A stretch of 64,000 bases of DNA from Spirochaetia bacterium (GCA_038204425.1 JBBRCZ010000009.1:32001-96000); one strand, 5' to 3'; shown: positions 39,101 to 49,305, counted from the stretch's first letter. Translations and numbers: made by a program. Notes: generated by a model not told the origin, from the letters alone.

Positions 39101-39743
39101 ACTGGGTTTGGGCGAACTTGGACTAGAAAGTTCTTATAAATTTAACCAAGTGGAAGACACTTTCTTTCCTCTGCGTACACCGACCTTTGAGCACGATCTG
39201 GATTTGAGCGCAACAATTTATGTGGCACTTCCGGCGCCTTCGGCCTTGCAGAGTATTGGATCACGCACTTATGGCAAAGTTGCAGCTATGTTTTCGCCTT
39301 TCTCAAGCGATATAAACACGCTATATACCATCACTGAGGACTTAAACTTTACTTTCTTGCTCAACTCTAATCCCTGGACCACACTCGTCCTGACAGCCAT
39401 CGCTAGCTATGAAGATTCTGATGACCCTACAGTTTTGGAGTATTACGCACCAAACGCCGTTTTTAACGCTAAGGGTGGTGTGCAGTTTTCTAGCTCGCCT
39501 GCTTTGGGCGAAGGTTGGGTTTTTGGCTATAGCTTGCGCGGTTTGGCAGGCTTGTATCACACAGAAAGCCAAGATCTCTTAAGTTTAGAAGGACTAGTGC
39601 ATCTAGAACTCAACCGTAGTAACCTATCAATCTTCTTGGATATCAGTACAAGCGTTACCACCAATGGCACTACAAGCGACTATTTTTCGTTTAATGCTGT
39701 AATTGGAGCCAGGATAGCCGTGCCGGATTATTTAATACCTTAA
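36171..39743 (+). CDS. Large exported TPR protein with N-terminal CBM-like domain and probable C-terminal beta-barrel (PelB-like)
   Basis: Signal peptide from ATG 36171; WEAES...VPEDGVYNLW...LKKGIHSLRI...YLDAL beta-sandwich; many TPRs; C-terminal ~330 aa of amphipathic strands. Confidence 0.65.
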   Translation: MKKNTIILLLLYTIATTIVTAQQKEKVEAVFPVSVEGLLYWEAESAVASNFSKEATQDYASSGFRILQLNKDPQAPGAPFFAEYALYVPEDGVYNLWLAGTPPGPKDKQVPSFASPFEYQIDEGMPVPIYREDVHVVESFAVSNYWSMIKKPIQLKKGIHSLRIIVNQKRSYDNRYYFYLDALFLAKSSMGNFTSTALPAKFPKNMQARDIDSSYKTINQYEERIAANNKDMTVYIELANVYSMISDYQNAIKTLERSRLNLGNQPEILLLLAKNRIWSGEFDLGLQLYKEYLATPASSLAIWAEVAKVMAWLGKYQDSLNLYNEALVRYPGNLNLIVNQALTRFWAGNVNEGEQQLEQAWDLAKKQEQDLKNLASIYTINGYPEKTVETYSRGLEVFPNSLEIMLLLEDSYLKNNQKSRAAQIRGKIEETFVASEALSQLLETSKNQNSTRDKILGNYRLRLVLKPDDVKLRQELIDAYFWNNLKEEAINETINMLINQLYKQFGLMDKELEKSYLLMDKVSLLSVFLASSENQAKALQDAVQKAVSALQSAKQANSEQDFPDLQANVDSTSNLLAAWLSTYINALKTIENLQSDLQSEQRAFEKTATILQEKSPWQWNRGFYFNELNQGSANKNSLADYLLCRIALFENQSGSARQKSEILAKLTSLDKPMQSLVTQTALWLNGQIPDEKLDLYNYYDYGSEINSLSELLKNSAPLAEQFSTDTAKDLLRQTEALLKNNPNHFGNLVQNKAALIKRMKVRMEIQMYQFELETFETRYKLADYYLSSQKYKTARDQLEMVIGVAPFNINARFNLARARQLSGDWSGAMSLYKEIFKTDPKFENTASLYNLLAKNHADRVAGSLTSFWDTNRQEVSGLFAFTAGGSSILGLNASYENLVIRLSKRGDINDPVSINLHDLNFSFPINFSDINFSITPSIGGKLKNEFFDQNVPADQSLVLEDIFSYMAVAPNFGLNLKLGLGELGLESSYKFNQVEDTFFPLRTPTFEHDLDLSATIYVALPAPSALQSIGSRTYGKVAAMFSPFSSDINTLYTITEDLNFTFLLNSNPWTTLVLTAIASYEDSDDPTVLEYYAPNAVFNAKGGVQFSSSPALGEGWVFGYSLRGLAGLYHTESQDLLSLEGLVHLELNRSNLSIFLDISTSVTTNGTTSDYFSFNAVIGARIAVPDYLIP

Positions 39744-39765
39744 GACGCACTTGCAAAAGTCTGTT

Positions 39766-40617
39766 TTATTGCAAACTAAACAGCTCATGGCATTCTTGAA
39801 AAAGTTTATCTTTTGAGAGAGTGTCCATGTAAGCGTTTTGGAAAGCCTCCAACTGTGCTCGATCTAAGGATAAGAAGGGTAGGTAAGGGTCCAAGAGCTG
39901 AAAGTCTTTGGGGTTATTTTTTAGAATGTCAATGTTTGATGCCATAAAATCAGCTGTCGAAACAAATATTATTGTTTGCTTATGTTCAGAGACTATATTG
40001 TTATTGCCATGTTCCAATGCCGTATCAGTATACACAGCGGGGAAGTTCCATGCTTCAAGAACTTGGTGCCCAACTTCTTTGTGACTAGTACCAAATGCAT
40101 CTATTTCCAATTGGCTAATACGAGATTGACCCGACGCAGCCTTAATTATGAGCGACTCATAAAGTGATTGGTCGGAGTAAAAAAAGGCCACTTGACCAAT
40201 GTTGTGCAAAAGGCCAGCCACAAAAGCTTCATCGGCCTGTGATTTTGAACCGTTTTTAATAGCCAAGTCGCGGGACATAAAAGCAGTTACAAGAGAGTGT
40301 TTCCAAAAAAACTGATAGAATTTTGATTTTTTGGCCGTAGAAAACAAGCTGGATCCCGTTACTAGAATCACAATGTTCTTAATTGTTTTAATGCCCAAAA
40401 GCGAAATGGCTGTCTGCAAGCTGGTGACGGCATTTTGTCGAGCGTACATTGCCGAATTGGAAATTCGTAGTATTTTTGAGGTTAGACCGGGGTCAACGCT
40501 GATAACTTTCTCTAAACTATTAAAACCAAAATCATTTGAATCGACCATACTTAAGACCTTGGTGGCTATGTCGGGCATAACCGGAAGGTTATTTAAATAT
40601 TGGGCATAGTTTTTCAT
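39766..40617 (-). CDS. HDOD domain protein
   Basis: LPVMP, DPGLTSKILRISNS, AISLLG, FWKHS, AFVAGLLHNIG, WNFP. Confidence 0.92.
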   Translation of the reverse strand: MKNYAQYLNNLPVMPDIATKVLSMVDSNDFGFNSLEKVISVDPGLTSKILRISNSAMYARQNAVTSLQTAISLLGIKTIKNIVILVTGSSLFSTAKKSKFYQFFWKHSLVTAFMSRDLAIKNGSKSQADEAFVAGLLHNIGQVAFFYSDQSLYESLIIKAASGQSRISQLEIDAFGTSHKEVGHQVLEAWNFPAVYTDTALEHGNNNIVSEHKQTIIFVSTADFMASNIDILKNNPKDFQLLDPYLPFLSLDRAQLEAFQNAYMDTLSKDKLFQECHELFSLQ

Positions 40618-40827
40618 TGGTCAAAAGTATCCTTTGCTGGTCAAGGACTTCTATTATGCAAACAATCCGCGCAAGGTCAACAAGAGAGCTACTTATTGCT
40701 GCAAAGGTACTTACCACCTCACCGCTTCCAATCAAGTAGCTTGTCAAATGGTGGTGTCAATTTGCTTCGTCTCATGCACCGTTGTTTGATTTGTCAAATT
40801 GGTAAAAAAACAAATTGGGGGAGCGCA

Positions 40828-40858
40828 ATTAGAAACCCGCCGGGGGCGGGTTTCTAAT
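40828..40858. terminator. Perfect 14-bp stem hairpin downstream of serC
   Basis: ATTAGAAACCCGCC-GGG-GGCGGGTTTCTAAT. Confidence 0.75.
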
Positions 40859-40919
40859 GGAGCGCGGGGGCGTGTCTGTTGGTCACATTGCCTGGGTTTG
40901 ACTGACGCCCCCGGATGTA

Positions 40920-42059
40920 TTATGCGTTCTTTGTTGCAAACTCGGTCATGTACTGAGCCAAAGCTAGGCAGCTTTCTTGTGGGCAGGCGTTGTAGATGGA
41001 GGCTCTAAAGCCGCCAACCGAGCGATGGCCGGATAGACCCAACATGCCTAGGGCTTCGGAACCCTTGAGGAAGGCTTTGTCGAGGTCGCTTGCGGCTGCT
41101 TCGTCCAAGCCTGGCTTTTGTATGGTCCAGACTATGTTCATTGTTGAGCGATCGGCTGGATCTACGGGACAGTTGTAGAAGCCTTTGGAATTGTTGATGG
41201 CATCATAGATCAACTTGGCTTTGGCTTCGTTGTGCTTCTGCATGCCTTCGGCGCCGCCTTTTTTGTCTATCCATTTGAGCACTTTGTTGAGGGCCCAGAC
41301 GCTAAAGACTGGCGGGGTGTTGTAGAGTGAAGTTTCAGTTTTTTCGCTGCCGTCTTTGGCTTTGACCTTGCTCACGTGGGTCTTGTAGCCCAAGTAGGCA
41401 CCAAGTGTGTCGGGGGTGGCTTCCAAAAGGTCGTCGCGAATTATAAGCAAGGTTAGGCCAGCTGGTCCGAGGTTCTTTTGCGCGCCGGCGTAGATAATGC
41501 CGAAGTTTTCGATTGGTAGCGGGCGGCTGAGTATGTCGGAGCTCATGTCGGCAACATAGGGTACTGCCAACTTAGGAAAGTCTTTAAACTGGATGCCGCC
41601 AATGGTTTCGTTGGAACATATATGTAGGTAGCTGGCATCGGGGCTCAGTTTGATGTCTTGCAGGGTGGGCAAGCTCATATAATTGTTGGCTTTGCCGTCA
41701 AAAACAACGTTGGCTTTGCCATACTTCTTGAGGTCGTCTTGGGCTTTTTTGGCCCATGCACCGGTGATGGCAATGTCGGCAGTCTTTCCACCGGCAAGTA
41801 GGTTGAGTGGTACCATACTAAACTGTAAGGTAGCGCCGCCTTGCAAAAAAAGTACCTTGTAGTTGGCTGGCACTTTGAGCAGTTTAGTTACCAAGGCGAT
41901 GGTTTCGTTGTGTAGGGCGTCGTATTCTTTGGAGCGGTGACTGGTTTCGATAATTGACAGACCCATACCTTGATAGTCGACCAACTCGTCGCGTAGTTGC
42001 TCTAAGACTTCTAGTGGCATAGTAGCCGGACCAGCATAAAAATTGTGTTTTCTGCTCAT
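40920..42059 (-). CDS. serC: Phosphoserine aminotransferase
   Basis: NFYAGPA, SHRS, LQGGATLQF, NETIGG, DMSS, AGAQKNLGPAG, YNTPP, GHRSVGGFRASIYN. Confidence 0.96.
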   Translation of the reverse strand: MSRKHNFYAGPATMPLEVLEQLRDELVDYQGMGLSIIETSHRSKEYDALHNETIALVTKLLKVPANYKVLFLQGGATLQFSMVPLNLLAGGKTADIAITGAWAKKAQDDLKKYGKANVVFDGKANNYMSLPTLQDIKLSPDASYLHICSNETIGGIQFKDFPKLAVPYVADMSSDILSRPLPIENFGIIYAGAQKNLGPAGLTLLIIRDDLLEATPDTLGAYLGYKTHVSKVKAKDGSEKTETSLYNTPPVFSVWALNKVLKWIDKKGGAEGMQKHNEAKAKLIYDAINNSKGFYNCPVDPADRSTMNIVWTIQKPGLDEAAASDLDKAFLKGSEALGMLGLSGHRSVGGFRASIYNACPQESCLALAQYMTEFATKNA

Positions 42060-42300
42060 TGCAAGACTCCTTTGGTGACATAAATCTGGGGCACTGGTTT
42101 AGTACCTTTTGATTCGATTTAGTAAAAGCTACTTTTTTGTAGCTCATGGTGGTGATGTTCTAATTAGTAAAGGTAAGCGCAATGCTGCTCAAGTCCAGAA
42201 TTGTCGCTGGAATCAAAAAACTTTTAAAAACGAGCGTTTTTGCTGCAATTGGTGAGCATAAATGCGCGGCGCTGTTTATACTAATTGACAAAGGTCAATT

Positions 42301-43353
42301 ATGAGGCATGAAGCTTTTGAACTCCAAAAAGATGGAATAACTCTTAGAGGAAGCATTTGGTCGCCAGGTTATAGCGATGGCTTAGCCAACGCCTCGCTCC
42401 GCGGGCGAGTCTTGATTGTGCATGGCATGGGTGAGCATCATGCTCGCTATGAGCATTTTGCACAGACACTCACCTCGGCAAGTTACGAGGTCTGGGGTTA
42501 CGATCATCGTGGGCACGGGACAACCGCTGGCGATCCTGCAAGTCCAGAGTTTTTGGCCAACTACGGTTTTTTGGCAAAAAAGAATGGCTGGCGTTTGATT
42601 TCTTCTGATTTATGCGCCGTGGTAGATCTGCTGCGTGCCCGCCAAGCCAAGCAGACCGAACTTAACTTGCTTGGTTCGCAGGACTTCGAGCTCAGCGGAA
42701 GCCGGACTTTGCCCTTCTTTATTTTTGCTCATAGCATGGGCAGTTTTTTACTACGTTGGTCTTTGGTCTATGATCGACTCTATGGAAAAGACTTGAGCGG
42801 CGTTGTCATCTCTGGAACGGGTGGTAATCCTGGTTTTAAGGGTAGACTTGGCAGAGCGCTTGCTAAGTTGATGACGATTATCAGGGGGCCTCGAGACAAG
42901 AGTCCGCTTATGAACGCCGTAATTTTTGGTTCTTATAACCGCTTGGTGCTTGGTAACCACAGTCGCACCGACTTTGACTGGTTGAGCCACGATGAGGATC
43001 AAGTGAACGAATATCTGCGCGATCCCTACTGCGGGGGAGTTATGGCGGCAAGTTTTTACCAGGACCTAATGACTGGAATCGTCGACCTTGGACGGCGCGA
43101 AAGTGTTACGCGCTTTCCGCGCAACTTACCCTGTCTTTTTATCGCTGGCCGTGAGGATCCGGTTGGTGAGTTTGGCGTGGGTGTGGAGCAGGTCTTTAGA
43201 TCTTATCAAGCCAATGGCATTAAGGACATCGAGGTTCAGTGGTTTGAAAAAGGTCGACACGAACTTTTAAACGAAACTTTCCGCAATCAGACCGAAGCCG
43301 TCGTGCTTGGCTGGTTACTCAGAAAAACTGAAGCCAGTCGCGCTGAGTCCTAA
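42301..43353 (+). CDS. Alpha/beta hydrolase (lysophospholipase-like)
   Basis: VHGMGEH..RY, DHRGHG, AHSMGS, DPYCG, RHELLNE. Confidence 0.9.
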   Translation: MRHEAFELQKDGITLRGSIWSPGYSDGLANASLRGRVLIVHGMGEHHARYEHFAQTLTSASYEVWGYDHRGHGTTAGDPASPEFLANYGFLAKKNGWRLISSDLCAVVDLLRARQAKQTELNLLGSQDFELSGSRTLPFFIFAHSMGSFLLRWSLVYDRLYGKDLSGVVISGTGGNPGFKGRLGRALAKLMTIIRGPRDKSPLMNAVIFGSYNRLVLGNHSRTDFDWLSHDEDQVNEYLRDPYCGGVMAASFYQDLMTGIVDLGRRESVTRFPRNLPCLFIAGREDPVGEFGVGVEQVFRSYQANGIKDIEVQWFEKGRHELLNETFRNQTEAVVLGWLLRKTEASRAES

Positions 43354-43433
43354 TTGACAGAAAAGAATGTCTGGTAGTATTTCATTTTCTTAGGTATAAT
43401 AAGAGGATATAAATCAAACGGAGGCATTGCGCC

Positions 43434-43604
43434 ATGACTCAAAAAAAAGAAGAACCCAAGCAAGATAGCTTGACCGAAGCTCAAAAAAAAGAAGCTGCAG
43501 CCAAAAAACTCAAAGAAGCTTTAGAAGGCTGTGAAAAACCATTTACCGCCGAGAGTTCTCGCATGGACGATGATGACGATGCTTGTCACGATAGTGTCCA
43601 GTAG
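43434..43604 (+). CDS. Small 56-aa hypothetical protein (below the ORF-track cutoff)
   Basis: GGAGG RBS and an upstream TATAAT (43395-43400); MTQKKEEPKQDSLTEAQKKEAAAKKLKEALEGCEKPFTAESSRMDDDDDACHDSVQ. Confidence 0.7.
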   Translation: MTQKKEEPKQDSLTEAQKKEAAAKKLKEALEGCEKPFTAESSRMDDDDDACHDSVQ

Positions 43605-43691
43605 GGCAGAAATCTAAGACAGCTAGTCTTTTGTAAAAGCCGCGTTTGCGTTAGAGTCTAATCTTGGATTTGTAGCGTAAACGGAGGAATC

Positions 43692-45356
43692 ATGGCGGTG
43701 TACCATAATTTTGACCAAGTCAAAGCTTTTTTTAATTTACAGGACTTGGCAGCGTCTGCCCCTAAACTCAAAGAAATTCTCACTAGTCAACGGATTGCGC
43801 AATCGCGTGTTAGCTACCAACTTGGCGAAAGTCCAAGGCCAATTGTTAAGGTAGCAGCATCAAACGAAACTCTTGACTATATTTACGCTGCCAAGCAAAC
43901 CAATGATGCGCTTATGGCGGCATTTGAGTCGCTTGCCTCCGAAGCAGAATTGATCGCCAAATATCGCGACTTGGTAAATGGGGAGCAGATGAACACCGGC
44001 GAGAAGCGCTTGGTCTTGCATCAACTCAGTCGCGGCACCGTGGCCAATGCAGTATTATACCAAGGCAAGGATCTGGGGGCGTTTTACGCGCAACAGATCC
44101 AACGCATAGCTGAGTTTTCGGCGGCTGTTGATGCTGGCAGAATAGTCTCAGCAAGTGGCAAAAAGTTTGACACCGTAGTTCAAATTGGCATAGGTGGTTC
44201 TGACTTGGGTCCACGCGCTATCTATTTGGCGCTCAAAACCTGGGTGGATGCAAAAAATTGTAAAGATAGGTCCAATAGTTTACAAGGCAGCGCCTTAAAG
44301 ATGAAGGCCTTGTTTATGTCCAACGTTGACCCCGATGATGCAGCAGATGTTTTGGGCCAAATAGACGCCGAAACCAGCTTGTTTGTGCTTGTGTCTAAGT
44401 CTGGCACAACCCAAGAGACACTTACCAATGAAGCTTTGGTACTCAAGTTTTTAGCGTCCAAGGGCGTGGCCAATGGTCGTCGCCAAATGATTTGTGTAAC
44501 TTCAGAAACCAGTCCACTTGCCAAATCCAGTGAATACCTCGATAGCTTTTTTATAGACGACTTTATCGGCGGGCGCTACTCCTCGTGCAGTGCTGTTGGT
44601 GGCGCCGTACTCTCACTGGCCTTTGGACCGCAAGTCTTTGCCGAGTTTTTGGCTGGTGCCCACGCTGCCGACGTTGCCGCATTAGAACCGCAGGTGAGCA
44701 AAAACCCTGCCTTGCTTGACGCCTTGATTGGCGTGTGGGAACGCAACTTTTTGGGCTACCAAACAACGGCGGTCTTGCCTTATAGTCAAGCTTTGGCACG
44801 CTTTCCTGCTCACTTACAGCAGTTGGACATGGAGTCCAATGGTAAGCAGGTCAACCGGGCAGGGCAGCCTATCCATTACGCTACCGGGCCTGTGATTTTT
44901 GGCGAGCCGGGCACCAATGGTCAGCATAGCTTCTTCCAACTCTTGCATCAGGGTAGCGATGTGATTCCACTGCAATTTGTGGGCTTTAGGCAGGCGCAAG
45001 ACGGTTTGGACATCGACTTCCAAGGCTCGAGCAGTCAAGCTAAGTTAAACGCGAATCTAGCGGCTCAGATTGTGGCTTTTGCCTTGGGCAGTACCAACGA
45101 CAATGCCAACAAAAACTTCCCCGGAGAACGACCCTCCAGTCTCTTGGTGGCCGACAGTTTGACGCCGCGTGTTTTGGGCGCTCTCTTGGCCCACTTTGAG
45201 AACAAAGTAATGTTTCAGGGTTTGGTTTGGAATCTCAATTCGTTTGATCAAGAAGGCGTGCAGCTGGGCAAAGTGCTCACAGGGACGGTGCTTGAGGGCA
45301 CAGGTGCCAGCGCTGAGCTTGTGGCCTTTGCCAACGAGCTAGGGGTCCAGAAGTGA
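43692..45356 (+). CDS. pgi: Glucose-6-phosphate isomerase
   Basis: IGIGGSDLGP, SKSGTTQET, GGRYS, QQLDMESNGK, GTNGQHSFFQLLHQG, FDQEGVQLGK. Confidence 0.96.
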   Translation: MAVYHNFDQVKAFFNLQDLAASAPKLKEILTSQRIAQSRVSYQLGESPRPIVKVAASNETLDYIYAAKQTNDALMAAFESLASEAELIAKYRDLVNGEQMNTGEKRLVLHQLSRGTVANAVLYQGKDLGAFYAQQIQRIAEFSAAVDAGRIVSASGKKFDTVVQIGIGGSDLGPRAIYLALKTWVDAKNCKDRSNSLQGSALKMKALFMSNVDPDDAADVLGQIDAETSLFVLVSKSGTTQETLTNEALVLKFLASKGVANGRRQMICVTSETSPLAKSSEYLDSFFIDDFIGGRYSSCSAVGGAVLSLAFGPQVFAEFLAGAHAADVAALEPQVSKNPALLDALIGVWERNFLGYQTTAVLPYSQALARFPAHLQQLDMESNGKQVNRAGQPIHYATGPVIFGEPGTNGQHSFFQLLHQGSDVIPLQFVGFRQAQDGLDIDFQGSSSQAKLNANLAAQIVAFALGSTNDNANKNFPGERPSSLLVADSLTPRVLGALLAHFENKVMFQGLVWNLNSFDQEGVQLGKVLTGTVLEGTGASAELVAFANELGVQK

Positions 45357-45427
45357 AAAGTGTTGGCCATGGTGGGCAGGTCTTGGTCTAGTTGCCAGGG
45401 CTAAAGACCTAGTCGCCAGATGCCGGT

Positions 45428-46207
45428 CTACTTTCGAAACGACAAGGGTGACTTGCCAAATTTGCGTTTAAACTGCCGACTGAGATGGCTAATATCATAG
45501 AACTTGAGAAACTCAGCAATATCTTGCAGTTTCCAGTTGGTATTGAGTAGAAAGTTAGCAGCCTGAACAAGCTTAAGGTCCATGTAGTATTGCATGGGAG
45601 ATATACCCATCCGCTTCTTAAAATAAGAGAAGAAGTAGTTCTTGTTGAGTTTTAGCTCCTTGGCAAGTTCCTCTACCGTGAGACTTTCGGAAACTCTGCT
45701 TTTCATTATTGCGATGGCTTCAATAACCCGGCTGTCGTCGGCACTTAAGTCCAAAGAGTGGTCCTCAGGTGTAAAGAGATCATAAAGCATGCTCAGAAAC
45801 TGATAGTTCATAGAAGTCTGCTTGAGTTTGTTTTTAGACTCAAACTTAAGGATTATTTCATCTAACTTTTTGTAGATTGTCAAGTTGGCGTCGAGAAAGC
45901 CACTCTCAAAAGCTTCGCAAATTCTTTTGTCCAATTCCGCGTTGTTGACAGAAAAAGTGACCCAGTACAAGGTCATTGGCGAGGCGCTATACTCGTCGGT
46001 GCCTTCTAAGAAAGCAAGGCTATGTTCTTCCTTGGGTCGTGACAAAAATATCCGGTTCTTTAGCTCTTGGTAGCCCATTCCATTGTTGGTTAAGAGTCTT
46101 CCGTTTTCTTTGTAGAGTGTAATTTCGTACTCATTATCGTGAGAATGATTGTAAATGATACCATTGCCAACATTGTAAAAGCCAGTGTTGTTTATTTCCA
46201 GTTCCAT
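45428..46207 (-). CDS. AraC family transcriptional regulator
   Basis: C-terminal double HTH: FKKRMGISPMQY...AANFLLNTNWKLQDIAEFLKFYDISHLSRQFKR. Confidence 0.9.
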   Translation of the reverse strand: MELEINNTGFYNVGNGIIYNHSHDNEYEITLYKENGRLLTNNGMGYQELKNRIFLSRPKEEHSLAFLEGTDEYSASPMTLYWVTFSVNNAELDKRICEAFESGFLDANLTIYKKLDEIILKFESKNKLKQTSMNYQFLSMLYDLFTPEDHSLDLSADDSRVIEAIAIMKSRVSESLTVEELAKELKLNKNYFFSYFKKRMGISPMQYYMDLKLVQAANFLLNTNWKLQDIAEFLKFYDISHLSRQFKRKFGKSPLSFRK

Positions 46208-46245
46208 AGAACCGCTATACTACCGTAAAATTTGTGCCTTGTTAA

Positions 46246-49200
46246 TCAAGGCACCGGCGAAACACTGGTATCCGAGACTATTTTGTGCAGCTTGAGCCAA
46301 GCCTGCAGTTCCAGCTTGCTGGCTTCGTATTCTAGTTGCACCTCTTCAACTAAGCTTTCTAGGTCATCAAAACCGCACTCTAGACATTGTTCTATAGCCT
46401 GCAGTTTGGACCTTAGGGATTCCAAGTTGAGGTTGGCAGCTGAGCCTTTAAGCTTGTGGGCAAGTTTGCGGGCCTTCTCTTTTTCGGATTTTTGTGCAAG
46501 TTTCATTAAGTCTCGATAGTCTTGTTCGCTCTCCCGCAAAAAAATCTCTATCACTTGTTGAGCTAGGTCAGACTGGCCGCCAACTCTTTTTAAAAAGGCC
46601 GATTGATCAAAGGCGTGAAACGTGGTGCCCAAACTCTGCGCCGGTTCTGGCGGAGCTTGTTGCCCTTGCGGAGCTTGTGACCCGTGCGTTAGCCACTTGT
46701 CGAGTATTTCAGCTAGTGTATTGAAGTCCACAGGTTTGCTCATGAAGTCGTTCATGCCGTGTCTTAGGCATTCTTCCTTGTCGCCCTTTAGGTTGGAAGC
46801 CGTCATGGCTATCACGGGTATTTGATGGTTGCGCACGCTGGAGCTGATGTCTCGGATTAAAGTGCTTGCCTGCAGTCCGCTCATGACTGGCATGTTGATG
46901 TCCATCAAGACCAAGTCAAAGTCTTGCTTTGTGAGGTTCTGCAAAACCTCTTGTCCATTCTCTACTGTATCGCACTGGTAGCCAAGTTTGGATAGATAAA
47001 TGAGCATTAGGGTGCGATTGACTTCATCGTCATCAGCAAGCAATAGCCTGCCAGAGCGTTTTTGCGCGTAACGCTCAGCCAAGTGATCCTCGCGCACTGA
47101 ATGCCGGGTAATGAGTTTGGTTTGGCTTTTTTTTCTGCTTGAGACTAGGCAATCATGCAAGTCATTTGCTTCTATAGGTTTAGGCAAGTACACGTCAAAT
47201 CCAGCGGCACGGGCTTGGTTGGCGTCGCCACGTTCTGGTCGGCAGTGGGTAAGCAATAGAATCGTCTGATTGATGTTTTGGTCTAGTCTAATTGTTCTGC
47301 CAAGTTCGAGTCCACTCATTTCTGCAAGGTCTTGTTCAACTATAACCATGGCAAATGGATCCTGGTTTTCGGCAGCCTGCGTTAACATATTCAGGGCTTG
47401 TGAACCATGCTTGGCTTGATGGACTCTCATACTCCAAGCGCGTAGATTAGTGTCGAGTAAGAACCGATCTTCGCTGCTATCATCAAGAATCAGAATCTTG
47501 ACTCCATCAAGCTGGTCATGTGGGGCAGCTACTTGGCAAGGCTGAGAGGGCATAGCTTGCAATACAAGTTTGACATCAAACCAAAACTCCGAGCCCTGGC
47601 CATGCTTACTTGTAAGTCCTATCTTACCGTTCATGAGTTCACACAGCTCTTTGCAAATTGCCAGACCCAGACCAGTACCACCAAAATGTCGGGTGCTGGA
47701 AGCATCTACCTGAACAAACTTATTAAAGAGCATGCTGATTTTGTCATCTTCTATGCCAATTCCAGTGTCAATCACGCGTGCATGCAGGTTTATGCCGCCT
47801 ACTACGAGGCTGTCTGTGTCTTGGCTCCAAGCCATCTTGAGTACCACTTCTCCTTGGTGCGTAAATTTTATCGCATTATCCAAGAGGTGAGAAATAATCT
47901 GACGCAGTCGGCCGGGGTCACCCTTGAGCAAGACGGGCAGATCCACGGCGGCCGTCCAAGCGAGTCTTAAGCTCTTTTCTTGAGCCTTAGGCATCATGCT
48001 TTGCATAACATCGTCAATCAACTGCAGCATGTCAAAGTTGATGATTGACAAGTCAAGTTTGCCTACTTCCAGTTTGGTATAATCCAAAATATCGTTGAGC
48101 AGCGTTAAGAGTGAACTGCTACATTGCCTTACTGTTTGAGCATATTGCAGTTGTTCCTCGTTGAGTCCACTGCCTAGTAAGATACTGTTCATACCAATGA
48201 TGCCGTTCATCGGAGTTCTGAGCTCGTGGCTAATATTTGCCAAAAATTCAGTCTTGGCCACGTTGGCAGCATTGGCCTTTTTTTCCATCTCTTGGGCCTT
48301 TTGGTTGAGTTCCTTAAGGTCGCTAATGTCACTCATGGCCACCACAACCAAGTCTAAATGATTTATAGTGACTGGCTCAATACTGTAGCGTAGCCAGAGA
48401 GGCTTGTCGTTATCCGTCAGTACACCGGAAAGACACATTTCTTGATCATTAATCGCAGGTCCTGCTGAAAAAATGCTTTTAATGCCCTTGTTTAGCTCAC
48501 AATCAGAACACTCAGTGCCAAAGCCGCATCCTCCACTGTGGCTGAGCTGGTCTATGCAGTCGATAAACTCACCGCAGCGAAATACTTGTTCCATGCTGCC
48601 CTCTTGGGCAAAGAGTTTGCGGGCGGCATGGTTGCTTTGCAGTACTTGCCTATCTTGGTTGACCACCAAGAGCGCAACTGGCGACGCCGCTAGGATCGCC
48701 TTAAAGTTGTCCTTCTCAGTGTTAAGATGCCGCGTAATCGCGCGGTGGGTAAACTCATAGCCAGTTTGGAAAAGCGTCAAAAGCAGGTAAATACCCAAAA
48801 AACGCACCATAACGCGGTCTTCGGGTAAGGCAGCTGGGATGTTTAGCACTTTGCTAGACAAAAACAAAGTCAAAAGCGCTGCTAGGTAGGCAACACTAAT
48901 CCTTAGGCCTGATTTAAAGCCCAAAAGATACGACGACGCCAATGGAACTATCAAGCTCCAAAGGTAACCGGTTCCGTGATCGCCACCAGAAACAAAAAAG
49001 GACAAAAAGGCGAGTAGTGAAGCAATGCTGACTATAATGTTGGCGCTCTTATTGCGAGGGCGATTTAAGGTCAATACCAATGCAATAGTGAGTGAGATAG
49101 CAAAAAAAGTATCTAATAGGGTCAAAAAATAATTGTTTATGGTCCAAGCATATATGCCGGCGATCAAGGTGTATACAAGCGCAACAATAAGTATGGAGAG

Positions 49201-49305
49201 ACTTAAAAAGTGTTTGACTTGATCATCAACATCAGGACGCAGCATCAGCGCTCGCAGGCCACGCATTGGTTTACTAGTAGTGGGGTCCTGCTTGGAGCTC
49301 GCCAT
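46246..49305 (-). CDS. Hybrid sensor histidine kinase (TM-PAS-HisKA-HATPase-REC-REC-HPt)
   Basis: [34 protein letters not shown], two REC domains, [11 protein letters not shown]. Confidence 0.93.
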   Translation of the reverse strand: MASSKQDPTTSKPMRGLRALMLRPDVDDQVKHFLSLSILIVALVYTLIAGIYAWTINNYFLTLLDTFFAISLTIALVLTLNRPRNKSANIIVSIASLLAFLSFFVSGGDHGTGYLWSLIVPLASSYLLGFKSGLRISVAYLAALLTLFLSSKVLNIPAALPEDRVMVRFLGIYLLLTLFQTGYEFTHRAITRHLNTEKDNFKAILAASPVALLVVNQDRQVLQSNHAARKLFAQEGSMEQVFRCGEFIDCIDQLSHSGGCGFGTECSDCELNKGIKSIFSAGPAINDQEMCLSGVLTDNDKPLWLRYSIEPVTINHLDLVVVAMSDISDLKELNQKAQEMEKKANAANVAKTEFLANISHELRTPMNGIIGMNSILLGSGLNEEQLQYAQTVRQCSSSLLTLLNDILDYTKLEVGKLDLSIINFDMLQLIDDVMQSMMPKAQEKSLRLAWTAAVDLPVLLKGDPGRLRQIISHLLDNAIKFTHQGEVVLKMAWSQDTDSLVVGGINLHARVIDTGIGIEDDKISMLFNKFVQVDASSTRHFGGTGLGLAICKELCELMNGKIGLTSKHGQGSEFWFDVKLVLQAMPSQPCQVAAPHDQLDGVKILILDDSSEDRFLLDTNLRAWSMRVHQAKHGSQALNMLTQAAENQDPFAMVIVEQDLAEMSGLELGRTIRLDQNINQTILLLTHCRPERGDANQARAAGFDVYLPKPIEANDLHDCLVSSRKKSQTKLITRHSVREDHLAERYAQKRSGRLLLADDDEVNRTLMLIYLSKLGYQCDTVENGQEVLQNLTKQDFDLVLMDINMPVMSGLQASTLIRDISSSVRNHQIPVIAMTASNLKGDKEECLRHGMNDFMSKPVDFNTLAEILDKWLTHGSQAPQGQQAPPEPAQSLGTTFHAFDQSAFLKRVGGQSDLAQQVIEIFLRESEQDYRDLMKLAQKSEKEKARKLAHKLKGSAANLNLESLRSKLQAIEQCLECGFDDLESLVEEVQLEYEASKLELQAWLKLHKIVSDTSVSPVP

